DNA from: Chiloscyllium plagiosum
Lineage: Eukaryota
Reading direction: 5' to 3'
NCBI RefSeq assembly: GCF_004010195.1
Contig: NC_057718.1
Location: forward strand, 96,704,230-96,768,229
Length of the DNA stretch: 64,000 nt
The notes beneath the pieces were generated by a model that saw only the letters and a program-made list of their open reading frames with translations, was not told the DNA's origin and did not search any database. Numbering within the stretch: the stretch's first letter is position 1; each line of letters starts with the position of its first letter. Positions 50,543 to 61,704 of the stretch are shown in pieces. The translations under genes were made by a program, and so were the position numbers.

Positions 50543-50870
50543 TAGAATCCCTACAATGTGGACACAGGCCCTTTGGCCCAACAAGTCCACACTGACCCTC
50601 CAAAGAGTAACCCACCCAGATCCATTTCCCAACCCTACATTTACCCCTGGCTAAGCACCTAGCCTACACACCCCTGAACACTGTGGGCAATTTAACACGG
50701 CCAATTCACCCTAACATGCACATCGTTGTGATTGTGGGATGAAACCAGAGCACCCGGAGGAAACCCATGCAGACACGGGGAGAACACGCAAACTCCACAC
50801 AGATAGTCACCCAAGGATGGAATTGAACTCAGGTCTCTGGCACTGTGAGGCAGCAGTGCTAACCACTAAC
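50543..50870 (-). mobile_element. HE1-type V-SINE
   Basis: V-domain and tail. Confidence 0.9.
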
Positions 50871-50979
50871 CTTTTTCTACTTATGTAACAAAGAAATTGT
50901 TCCCAGGTATTTTGCACTTAAGATGACACCGTGTCTGGTAAAATTGTGCACTTTTCACTGCACACTTGTAGCCCCCATG

Positions 50980-51190
50980 CAGCTCGTTCTGCTGTAACGA
51001 GCGTTTCATTAATGCGAATTTGTTGTAACGCGATCAATGAATTGGGGACACTGTTGACAAAGTGTGAACTTTTAAAAGGTGTGCTGGCTGTAACTCAATT
51101 ACATCACCAACACTTTAAGCATTGTTTCTAAAGCGTGATTTTTCTATAATGCACAAGAACACAACCATCGCGCTACGGAAGAACTACCTA
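50980..51190. mobile_element. Possible Tc1/mariner (Tigger-like) MITE
   Basis: Imperfect TIRs agctcgttctgctgtaacg / cgctacggaagaactacct (14/19 complementary); TA TSD not preserved. Confidence 0.45.
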
Positions 51191-51264
51191 GACTTTAGTA
51201 CATGTGGCAATAAAACCTAAATCTAAATCTAAAGTGGATCAGAGACATGCCACAGGGACCTAAG

Positions 51265-51445
51265 AGAGACAAGCAGGAGGCTGGAAGAAAACAGCAAACA
51301 TCAGGAGGTGGAGAAGTCAACGTTTCGGGTGTAACCCTTCTTCACAACAACGCTGTGAGCTCCTCAGCCTTCCAGCTCTTTGGCCACACGATGTACCCTC
51401 CTGCTTGTCCACCTTGGATTCCAGCAACTGCAGTTTTTTTTTTGT
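51265..51445. mobile_element. PLE-terminus fold-back, family 4; second partial copy 51530-51600
   Basis: Minus TGAAGA a GGGT tac ACCC GAAA cg TT gac at 51316-51344. Confidence 0.65.
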
Positions 51446-51954
51446 CTCTGATAAGGGTTCTCAGAGGCTGGCATATGTCAGATGCCGATCTCCATGAACA
51501 TGGGATGCATGTGGCTAGTGCCCATGGTAGACAGGCAGGAGGCTGGAAGCCAGGCAGCATCATGGGGTGCAGAAGTCAACGTTTTGGGTGTAACCTTTAC
51601 GTGAGATGTTGCTGTCCAACATGGAGGTTCTTCACAAACATCAGCGAAGTCAACAAGAACTCGTTCTGACATCCATGCGGTGAATTCTCAGACTCCCTGG
51701 TTAGTCTTGCACATTAATGAGGCACGGTGTACAGTTTATAAGGTCATTAACAAACAATAACCCCCCCCCCCCCCCCCCCCAACCCCGGTAAGCAATTCAT
51801 CATGGCCCAGAGAGAATCCATGCTGGGAACTTAGTTCCAAGATGCAACAAATTGCCCCCAGCCTCGCTGTACACCTCATGTGGTTCTACCAGATTTCTCA
51901 CCATAGCCCACAGAGGTCAGGCCCCTATAAGATTCTGCCCTCTTTTGTTCTTAA

Positions 51955-52440
51955 TATTCATTCATGGGATGCGGGCCATCACTGGCTAGGCTAACAGTTA
52001 TTGCCCATTCCTAATTGCCCAGAAGCAGTTCAAAGTCAACCACATTGCCGTGGGTCTGGAGTCACACGTAGGCCAGACCAGGTAAGGATGGCAGCTTCCT
52101 TGCCTGAAGGACATGAGTGAACTAGATGTGTTTTCCCCCGACAATTGACAATGGATTCATGGTTATCATTAGACACTTAATTCCAGTCTTCTTTTTTTTA
52201 TTGGATTCAAATTCCGCCATTTGCTGTGGCGGGATTCGAACCTCGGTCCCCAGAACATTATTTGGGTCTCTGAATGAATTAGAGAAAGGGAGGATTGCAA
52301 ATGCTGGAACTCAGAGTCATAAAGTGTGGCGCTGGAGAAGCACAGTAGGTCAGGCAGCATCTGAGGAGCAGAAGAGCTGACATTTGGGCATAGGCCCAAT
52401 GAATAATCCAGCAACAATGCCATTTGGCCATCACCACCCC
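51955..52440 (-). mobile_element. SINE family B with family-1 terminus inserted at 52280-52397
   Basis: B-box complement ggattcgaacc; aatgaat repeated at 52273-52279 and 52398-52404. Confidence 0.85.
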
Positions 52441-53167
52441 TTCAGCAGTGTTGAATTTTGACACAAGGCAGTCTGAAGACTCAATATGCAGATGGCTTGT
52501 AATATTACAGACTGATTGTCATCAATCTATCGCAGTCAAAATATTTTTTAAAAATACCATTTTATTGTAATATTGAGGTCGAACATTGTTAATTATTTAT
52601 GAGGGAATTCAACAGACATGGCGTATTCCAAAACCCTGATGTTTCGCAAGCTTTCCTAATGACAGTGTGACAAAGCTTCAAGACGGTCTGAATGGATCCG
52701 AATGTGATTGATGGCTTTTTAATAACTGACAATGATTCGGAGTCGAAGTTATTATAACATTCTCACTGATGCAATACTTTGTCAGATGAAGCAATAGGAA
52801 TGAATTTCCCAATGTCGGTTTGTACTCCAGCTTGTGAAGCAGATCTTTTTCCATTACATTCTGACTAGACACTCAGGAAAAATCTGCAGCTGTTCTATTC
52901 CATGGAACATATGTAAAAGATGTTTTTCAAAACTGTAAAAATGGGGTGAATTTAGTGCAGACGTGATGGATATCTTTCTCTCTGAATTTTAACACCAGTT
53001 GTGTCCCATACCTACGAGACACAGAATGCTGAGTTTATGACTGCAATTACATTTTGACTTCAGTTATTTCATACAGACACAAGTAGTCCTTCTACTGTTT
53101 GAAATAACTCAATGACATTGCCGCTGATCTGAATCTTAAAACCCGCCTCAGTTCTGTGAGCCTTAAT

Positions 53168-53295
53168 ACCCTGATGAAGACAGAGCAGCGTCTGAAAGCT
53201 TGTGATTTCAAATGAACCTGTCGGACTATACCCTAGTGTTGTGTGACTTCTGACCTTGTCCAGCCCCGTCCAACACCGGCACGTCCACATCATGA
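53168..53295 (+). mobile_element. Family-2 PLE terminus, single arm
   Basis: cCTGATGAagacagagcagcgtctGAAAgcTTgtg. Confidence 0.75.
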
Positions 53296-54212
53296 CCTTG
53301 TTAGACCCTTCCATAACAAAAAGCCACCCATCACAGTCCTGAAATTTTCAATCGACCCTCCAGCCTGAGTAGTTATTTCTGTTTTGTCAGAGAAAATTCC
53401 AGAATTCCCTCCAGGTGAAAAAACGTTTTTGCAAAGATGCGATATTGGAAATTACACAAGCGCAAGCATTGACCAGCAAATGGAGAGACCTCTGAACCTG
53501 TGCATTATTATGGACTGAAGTAAAGAAATTAAAAAGAAAGGGTTGAGTTAAATCAGCTTATACAATTCCACAGATCAATAAACATAGGAATGTAGAAAAT
53601 TGGAATAGGAGGCATTCAGCCCTTTGAGCGTGCTCTGGCATTCAGTATAATTAGGTTCCCTACAGTGTGGAAACAGACCCTTCAGCCCAACCAGTCCTCC
53701 GAATAGTAACCCACCCAGACCCATTTCCCTCTGACTAATGCACCTAACACCATGGGCAATTTAGAGTGGCCAATTCACCTGACCTGGGACTGTGGGAGGA
53801 AACTGGAGCACCGAGAGGAAACCCACACAGACACGGGGAGAACGTGCAAACTCCACACAGTCACCCGAGGCTGGAATCGAACCTGGGACGCTGGTGTTTT
53901 GAGGCAGCAGTGCTAACCACTGATCCACTAAACTCACTATGTTCCCAATTTCTCCATATGCCCTTTAACCCTAATATATATCTAAGTCCTTCTTGAAAGC
54001 ATTCAATGTTTTAGCCTCAACTGCTTTCTGTAGCAGAGAATTCCACAGGCTCCCCACTCTCTGGGTAAAGAAATTTCTCCTCATCCCAGTCCTGAATGGC
54101 CCACACCGTATCATTGGAATGTGATCCCTGGTTCTGGACTCACTGCTCTTTAGGAACATCCTTGTAATTTCAATGGAATCCCCACTCATTCTTCTAAACT
54201 TCAGTGAATATA

Positions 54213-54369
54213 TGACTTGGAGGTGCCGGTGTTGGACTGGGGTGGTCAAAGTTACAAATCACACAACACCAGATTATAGTCCAACAGGTTGATTTGGAGG
54301 CACTAGCTTTCGGAGCGTCACTCCCTCATCAGGTAGTTGGACTAAACCTGGTGTTGTGTGATTTTTAAC
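54213..54369. mobile_element. Fold-back PLE-terminus element, family 2
   Basis: 12-bp TSD tcagtgaatata at 54201-54212 and 54370-54381. Confidence 0.9.
54301..54335 (-). ncRNA. Intact minimal hammerhead motif (AGCT type)
   Basis: tac CTGATGA g GGAG tgacg CTCC GAAA gc TA gtg. Confidence 0.75.
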
Positions 54370-54699
54370 TCAGTGAATATAATCCTAACTGATCCAGTCT
54401 CTCTTCATGCATCAGTCCTACCACCCCAGGAATCAGTCTGGTAAAAATTCACTGCCCTCCCCCTGTAGCCAGAACATCCTTCTTCTGATGAGGAAACCAA
54501 AACTGATCACAATATTCTAGGTGCACACAATACTCCAGGTGTGGACGACAAAGTGTGCATTAAAGTTAAATTCTGAAGCTGCAATCATATTTTGTATGTT
54601 TGTTATTATCTAAGTGCCATATTGAATGACACAGGTGATCATGAGTTTCCAAGCATTCTTCTCACAGCAACAGTGAAGACCTCATTATTGGATGTCTGC

Positions 54700-55065
54700 A
54701 TTAAGCGGGTCTTTCATCCTAAACCATGTGGACAGAACAGACAAGGAGAAATTGTTCCCGCTTGTGAAAGGATCAAGAATGAGAGAGTACAACATTAAAT
54801 TAAATGACAAAAAGAAGCAAACACAATACCAGGAATGGTACTTATCAAATATTATCAAACACTTGCATTTATCAAGTAGTTATCGATGGAATGCACTGCC
54901 TGGGAGTCTGGTAGAGGTCTGGTTCAATAATGCATTCAAAAGGAAGTTAGACCTAGGAATGTCGGGCAGAACTACAGGGAGAATGGCACAAAGTGATTTG
55001 TTCCTTTGGAGAACCAGCACTGAAATGGTGGGTTGAATGGCTTTTGGCTGCGCTGTGATAACTCT
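54700..55065 (+). mobile_element. Old CR1 3' fragment
   Basis: DRTDKEKLFPLV, WNALPGSLVE...AFKRKLD. Confidence 0.75.
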
Positions 55066-55559
55066 GAGATTTTGTCAAGGTGTTTCCTTCACAGTCAACC
55101 TTTAGCTTTGCTTCCATTATTCCCTTCCATTGGGTCAATTTGGTTCCAGTCCTTTTGTGCAGAAAACAGTCTGAAGAAGTCCATCCTTCTTCTTTTGAGA
55201 GTACCTAAGGGTTTCCTCATCCTTCAAACCTCGTTCAGTACTTTGTCACTCTTTTTTATCGACCCACTTTATCCTTAGAATGCAAATCAGGAAAAGGGAC
55301 CAAACAAAGGATAAGGTTGATAGGAAGCTTACTTTTCGAAGAACTCAACTGCTTGCTGAATCTCATTGAGTTTGTATTTTGGATATGTCAACCCTTAAGC
55401 CATAGAAGAGGGTTCATGTGACACATGGTAATGTCTATATGTCTGATCTAGGAGGCCCGGGTTGAAGGCCCATCTGCTTCATAGGTGCGTAATATCTCTG
55501 AACAAGGTGATGAGAAAATATCTCAAACACTACAGGTATTCTCTGATACGTATTCACTT

Positions 55560-55843
55560 TAGATTAGATTCTCTACAGTATGGAAACAGGCCATTTGGTC
55601 TTACAAGTCCACACCAACCCTCCAAAGACTAACCCACTGCCCCCCCCCCCCCCCCCCCAACTAATGCGCCTAACACTATGGGCAATTTTCCATGGCCAAT
55701 TCACCTGCACATCTTTGAATTGCAGGAGGAAACCCACACAGCCATGGGGAGAAAGTGCAAACTCCACACAGACACTCACCCAAGGCTAGAATCGAACCTA
55801 GGTCCCTGGCATTGTGAGGCAGCAGTACTAACCACTGAGCCAC
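55560..55843 (-). mobile_element. HE1-type V-SINE with internal poly-C
   Basis: V-domain and tail. Confidence 0.88.
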
Positions 55844-56690
55844 AGATTAGAAAATATGTGTGAGCATGTGCACAAATTAAGGACTATGTTTCCAACTTTT
55901 GACTGTCAATTAATTCAGTGATTTTAAAAAAAATTCCTGATACTGCCTGTCAAAACGAGCTCAGCATACCAATATCCCAAAGTTATGCAGGGACATGTAT
56001 CTGGCAGAGATTTTTGAGCAGGTAAGACAGTCAATCTCCTGTAACTAAGTGCAAGCATCTGAATTATGACAATAATTGCATTATTGATCGAACCCAGGTC
56101 CCTGGCGCTGTGAGGCAGCAACGCGAACTATTGAGCCATTGCGCCACCCCCAGTGGAGAGTGGTTAGCTCAGTTGGCAATGCATTGTGGGTTAATTCTGG
56201 CACTGGCTGAGATTACCATGAAGGACTTTTCTTCTTAGTCTCTCCCCTTGCCTGAGGTGTGGTGAACCTCAGATTAAACCACCACCAGTTGTCTCTCTAA
56301 TGTAGTTCAGTGGTCCTGTAAGACTATGGCGACTTTACATTTATCGATGAAGTACATAGTTAGTTAAAGCATTTTAACGTACGTTGTGACCACAGGAATA
56401 ATGGGACTAGAGAAAGAGAGGGCACTCCTCCAACTACAATCATAATATCACTGTCATCAGCAATGAGTTGCTAAAGAATATGATTGTCCACCTAGGAAAT
56501 TCCAGATGTCACTGGTCATAGGTTTTTTTTAGATCAGATTAGATTAGATTCTCTACAGTAAGGAAAAAGGCCCTTCGGCCCAACAAGTCCACACCAACCC
56601 TCCAAAGAGTAACCCACCCAGACCCATTCCCCTACATTTATCCCTGGCTAATGCACCTAACACTGTGGGCAATTTAGCATGGCCAATCCA

Positions 56691-57342
56691 TGGATGTAGG
56701 TTTGCTCGCTGAGCTGGAAGGTTCATTTCCAGATGTTTCGTTACCCTACTAGGTAACATCTTCAGTGGGCCTCAGGTGAAGCAATGCTGAACATTCCTAC
56801 TTTCTATTTATATGCTTGGGTTTCTTTGGATTGGTAATGTTATTTCCTGTGGTGATGTTATTTCCTGTGGTGAAGTCACTTCCTGTTCCTTTTCTCAGGG
56901 GATGGTAGATGAGGTCTAACTCGATGTGTTTGTTGATAGAGTTTTGATTGGAATGCCATGCTTCTAGGAATTCTCATCCATGTTTTTGTTTGGCTTGTCC
57001 TAGGATGGATGTGTTGTCCCAGTCGAGGTGGTGTCCTTCGTCATCCATATGTGAGGATACTAGTGACAGAGGGTCATGTCTTTAGTTAGACCCCATCTAC
57101 CATCCCCTGAGTAAAGGTACAGGAAGTGACTTCACCACAGGAAATAACATCACCACAGGAAATTACGTCACCAACCCAAACATATAAACAGAAAGCAGGA
57201 ATGTTCAGCATTCCTTCGCCTGAGGCCCACTGAAGATGTTACCTAGTAAGTAACGAAACATCTGGAAATGAACCTTGCAGCTCAGCAAGCAAACCTACAT
57301 CCAAAGCCTCAACCTGAGCTACAAATCTTCTCAAAACTCACT
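56691..57342 (-). mobile_element. Short PLE of a different clade (Poseidon/Penelope-like), family 5, with ~220-bp inverted termini
   Basis: Arms 56691-56920 / 57085-57303; internal minus frame HMDDEGHHLDWDNTSILGQAKQKHG*EFLEAWHSNQNSINK (GIY-YIG C-terminus). Confidence 0.85.
57227..57265 (+). ncRNA. Minimal hammerhead motif, family 5 (mirror copy on minus strand 56729-56768)
   Basis: cca CTGAAGA t GTTAC ctagtaa GTAAC GAAA ca TC tgg; stem I cca/tgg, 5-bp stem II. Confidence 0.75.
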
Positions 57343-58305
57343 ATGGCCAATTCACCCAACCTGCACATCTTTGGACTGTGGGAGGAAACCCACACAGTCA
57401 CAGGGAAAATGTGCAAACTCCACACAGACAGTCGTCCAAGGCCAGCATTGAACCCCAAGTCCCTGGTGCTGTGAGGCAGCAGTGCTAACCACTGAGCTAC
57501 CATGCTGCCCATTAGGTTCTGTGGGTCCTAGTGTGACTGATGAGCCCAATCCTACAGCCACATCTCTGACATTAATTGTAACAATAGTGACACTGAATAG
57601 TGGGGCTAAGTGATTTGCATCTGTTTCTAATTACCTCTTTGTGTGTTTAACCAACACGAGAATATACCAGTAAACAACATGTGAATTGACGTTAATTTAT
57701 ATTCCACCATAATGACCTCCACAATACTCAGTTCGATTGGAATTGCATCCTTGGTGGTGGCTAAGTGAGTGTAGACTCAATAGGAATGAGGGGTTACTGG
57801 GGATCTGTCATGACCAGGCCGTGAGAAATGTTCCTCAATCATTATGGCTCTAGATGGGATATCCCAAATGGCTAAGTTCCTGGGTGGGGAAGGACAAACT
57901 GATTCAACTTTCTTTAATCATACGGCCCTCTGTTGTTTGCACCAATGTTAATTTAAAAAGGATTCTCTTCACAGTGGACATTTTTCTCCCTGACCCATAT
58001 TGACTCATACTTTAATAAGACTCAGTTTAACCAGGCTTTGTTGAATTAACACCAAAGAGTAAGTTTATTAGTTACGAAATACAAGGAGAATTAATTATAT
58101 AAAACGTACACACACAGATTAGAAATAAGAGGTGAATGCAAAAAGATAAAAGTTTTTAAAATCCTGTAAAGTCTGTGAATTGTTCGCAGTGGTCCAAATC
58201 AACACCCAGGTTTAACCAATCAAGCACAATGAGCATCAATCAGTTGCCAGCCTCAACTAATTGGGCACAGAACAATTAAACAGTCAACACAGCACTCCTT
58301 TCCCT

Positions 58306-58840
58306 GGCCCTCTTGTGGTGCAGTGGTAGTTACCCTACCTCTGGACTGAGAGGCCTGTGTTCAAGTCAAACCTGCTCTGGAGGTATGTAAAAACATCTCT
58401 GAACAGGTTGATAAGAAAAATTAGGTTAAGTGCTCGAAAGAGAGCAGTGTCCCTTCCTCTGAGCCAAGGTGTGAGTTGAATTATTGAACTTGATTGAAAA
58501 GCATTCTTGGAGTATCTTAGATTAAAGGATATTCAAGATAATAAGAGTATTAAATTAAAAGAATCAACAGGGTAAATTGAGAAAAGTTATTTTCAAAAAT
58601 TGAACACTCAAAAAGGGGCTCTTGTTGTGCAGTGGTAGTGCCCATACCTTTGGACCAGGAGTCCTGGGTCCAAATCCCACTTTCTTCCATTGGATTGTAA
58701 CAACATCACTGAACAGGTTGATTAGAGAAAATCTTAAATTTTCCCCATAGTGATAGTCTCACTGTTTCTGAGCGAGGAGTCCTGAGTTCAAGTTTCACCA
58801 GTCTCCAGAGACATATAACAACAGGTTGATTACAAAATAT
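58306..58840 (+). mobile_element. Cluster of about 4 short tRNA-like SINE family C units
   Basis: tggtgcagtggtag A-box-like, gttcaagtc B-box-like, aacaggttgatt tail in each full unit. Confidence 0.6.
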
Positions 58841-59310
58841 CTTTAACACAGAATGTTATCTGATATTTGTCCTCTTTTCCTATTATTACCTCTTTTTGTC
58901 TTATACCCATTACCCTATGTTTCATTCCTCTCCTAATCAGCATCTCATTACTTTCAACTCTCCTCCTTGCCATCTGTCTCTGTACTTTTCTGCTTGTCTC
59001 TGTTTCTACTTATTGGATTTCACGGGGGATAGGAACAGTGAGGTGGAATGAGGTGTGACTGGACTGTAAATTGCTGTTTAAATATAATTTTTTCCAGCTC
59101 TAACAAAGAACCATGAGGTTTGAAATGTTAGCGGAGATAAAGGAATGTAGAATTCGGAATACCAGCTGATAGGCCATGACCTTATGGAATGATGAAGTGA
59201 ATTGAAGGACCAAATGTCCTAACTCATGTTTGTACGTCTATTCCAATGCTCAAAACAATTAACATTTAATAATAGAGAATACAAACCATAGGAAGAAGGG
59301 GTAGCAGAAT

Positions 59311-59415
59311 CATTCTGAGGAAGGGTCACTTGACCTGAAATGTTAAAACTCTGATTTCTCTCCTCAGATGCTGTCAGACCTGTTGAGCTTTTCCAGCAAT
59401 TTCTGGTTTCATTTT
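59311..59415 (+). mobile_element. Family-3 PLE terminus with decayed hammerhead
   Basis: att CTGAGGA a GGGTCA ct TGACCT GAAA tg TT aa. Confidence 0.7.
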
Positions 59416-59629
59416 CAATAATAGGGACTGCACATGATAAATCCTCCCATGTAAAACACTCTGCGAGATGGGACAAGGATGATAGAAATCGACCTTCTGC
59501 TACCTTTGCCAATCTGAGAAAGTTGAAGACCTTTGAACCCGTCACTTGTTTGTTTATTAATTTTGGATTCATTCGAAGTAAGTCTTTGCTGACGAGGATA
59601 TATTCTGAAAACCCTGGGATGCAACTATC

Positions 59630-60730
59630 TCCTGCTCCATGCTGGAAGGACAAGGACAGCAGATGCATGGGAGAGCTACCACCCCTGTGTTTCTCTCTAA
59701 GTCAGTCAGTGTTGTGACCTGGAAGTATATCTGTGTGTAAAGCATTCCTTCAGCATCACTGAATCAAGATAGTGAAAATCCCTTCCTCAACAGCATGGTG
59801 GATGTCTCAGCACCGCATGGATTGCTATGATCCATGAACGTAGCCCAACACAACCTTCACAAGGTTGGCTATGGATGGGCTGAAAATGTGTTGCTGGAAA
59901 AGCGCAGCAGGTCAGACAGCATCCAGGGAACAGGAGAATCGACGTTTCGGGCATGAGCCCTTCTTCAGGAATGAGGAAAGCGTGTCCAGCAGGCTAAGAT
60001 AAAAGGTAGGGAGGAGGGACTTGGGGGAGGAGCGTTGGAAATGCGATAGGTGGAAGGAGGTCAAGTTGAGGGTGAAAGGCCGGAGCGGGGGTGGGGGCGG
60101 ACAGGTCAGGAAAAAGATTNNNNNNNNNNNNNNNNNNNNNNNNNNNNNNNNNNNNNNNNNNNNNNNNNNNNNNNNNNNNNNNNNNNNNNNNNNNNNNNNN
60201 NNNNNNNNNNNNNNNNNNNNNNNNNNNNNNNNNNNNNNNNNNNNNNNNNNNNNNNNNNNNNNNNNNNNNNNNNNNNNNNNNNNNNNNNNNNNNNNNNNNN
60301 NNNNNNNNNNNNNNNNNNNNNNNNNNNNNNNNNNNNNNNNNNNNNNNNNNNNNNNNNNNNNNNNNNNNNNNNNNNNNNNNNNNNNNNNNNNNNNNNNNNN
60401 NNNNNNNNNNNNNNNNNNNNNNNNNNNNNNNNNNNNNNNNNNNNNNNNGGAGTGGTCTTTTCGGAACGCTGATAGGGGAGGGGAGGGAAATATATATATC
60501 TGGTGGTGGGGTCCGTTTGGAGGTGGCGGAAATGACGACGGATGATATGATGTATATGGAGGTTGGTGGGGTGGTAGGTGAGGACCAGCGGGATTCTGTC
60601 CTGGTGGCGATTGGAGGGGCGGGGCTCAAGGGCGGAGGAGCGGGAAGTGGAGGAGATGCGGTGGAGGGCTATGGATGGGTAATCAATGATGGCCCAGCCA
60701 GGGGCACCCACATCCTGTGAAAGAATAACT
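59630..60730 (+). mobile_element. LINE family B 3' end split by a PLE
   Basis: Tail resumes taatcaatgatggcccagccagg after the insertion. Confidence 0.75.
59880..60666 (-). mobile_element. Young 5'-truncated Neptune-like PLE spanning a gap
   Basis: 13-bp TSD ggctatggatggg at 59867-59879 and 60667-60679; DRIPLVLTYHPTNLHIHHIIRRHFRHLQTDP; intact hammerhead core on minus strand 59937-59972. Confidence 0.9.
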
Positions 60731-60769
60731 TTAACTTTAAAAAGAAATACAAAAGAGGTGATTTTTAAA

Positions 60770-61085
60770 AAATTCATTCACAGGATGAGGGCATCATTTA
60801 TTGCCCAGAGGGCAGTTAAGAGTCAACCACATTGCTGTGGACCTGGATTTACATGTAGGCCAGACCAGGTAAGGATGGCAGTTTCCTTCCCTAAAGGACA
60901 TTAATGAACCAGATGGGGTTTTCCCAATCAGTTCATGGTCAACATTTGATTTTTAATTCCAGATTTATTTTTAAATTGAATTCAAATTCCACCATTAACC
61001 ACACTGGGATTTGAATCCAGTTCCCTAGAACATTACCTGGGTCTCTAGGTTAACAGTCCAGCAATAACACCACTCGTCCAGTCCC
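60770..61085 (-). mobile_element. SINE family B
   Basis: Matches 9165-9694. Confidence 0.85.
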
Positions 61086-61704
61086 TCATAATGCTTGAGA
61101 TAGCTAACTGACATATCGAATACCCAATTTGCAGTGGTGCTTAATTTGAACCAGCAGTATTGGCTAGAAAACACCAAAGGGTGGATTTTTTTAACAGTAA
61201 ATTGTGCAGCAAATTGAAATTACAACACTGAAGGACTAACAAATGGTTTACTGTTTTCATGGCAAAAATAATTTCAAATAGAGTATAATAGTGAATCAAA
61301 TCCTGCTCAGAGAATTCTTGAACGTGCTTTGAATAGGCTGTTGATGACTCCCTCCAGACTTTAGAACAGGGCTTGCCTTCAGATACGGGATGTTACCCAG
61401 GGACTCCTTTTCACAAGAGACTTGTCAATTTCTTTCACACTGCGACACCCTGAAACAATATTTTACATTTAATTCACGACTCTGAGACGGGGACAGTGCA
61501 AATGAGTTTAACGTGGTTCTCTTCTGAGTATTGCTTAAGGTATTTGGTTTGTATTATCCCAGTTTCAATTTCAGCACAGAAGCAGACCATTCAGGCCTAC
61601 ATGCCTGTGCTAACACTTTGAGAGAGAAAAGCCATTAAACTCGCACACAAGCTCTTTCCACATGGTCCCAGAAATATTTTCTTCTCAAACCCCCAGCCAA
61701 GTTT

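Larger units (their letters stand above)
53580..54545 (-). mobile_element. CR1 fragment carrying an HE1 (53650-53928) and a fold-back element
   Basis: Minus frame FRTGMRRNFFTQRVGSLWNSLLQKAVEAKTLNAFKKDLDIY. Confidence 0.85.
56530..57510 (-). mobile_element. HE1 SINE split by a PLE (56530-56690 and 57343-57510)
   Basis: Halves collinear; TSD atggccaatcca/atggccaattca at 56679-56690 and 57343-57354. Confidence 0.9.

Noticed and set aside
51761..51780. Poly-C tracts as functional G-quadruplex sites (also 55640-55658)
   Set aside because: Simple homopolymers of uncertain length with no supporting context.
57806..58300. Possible LTR remnants (also about 21420-22640)
   Set aside because: Only compositional impression; no paired ends, TSD, primer-binding site or second copy.
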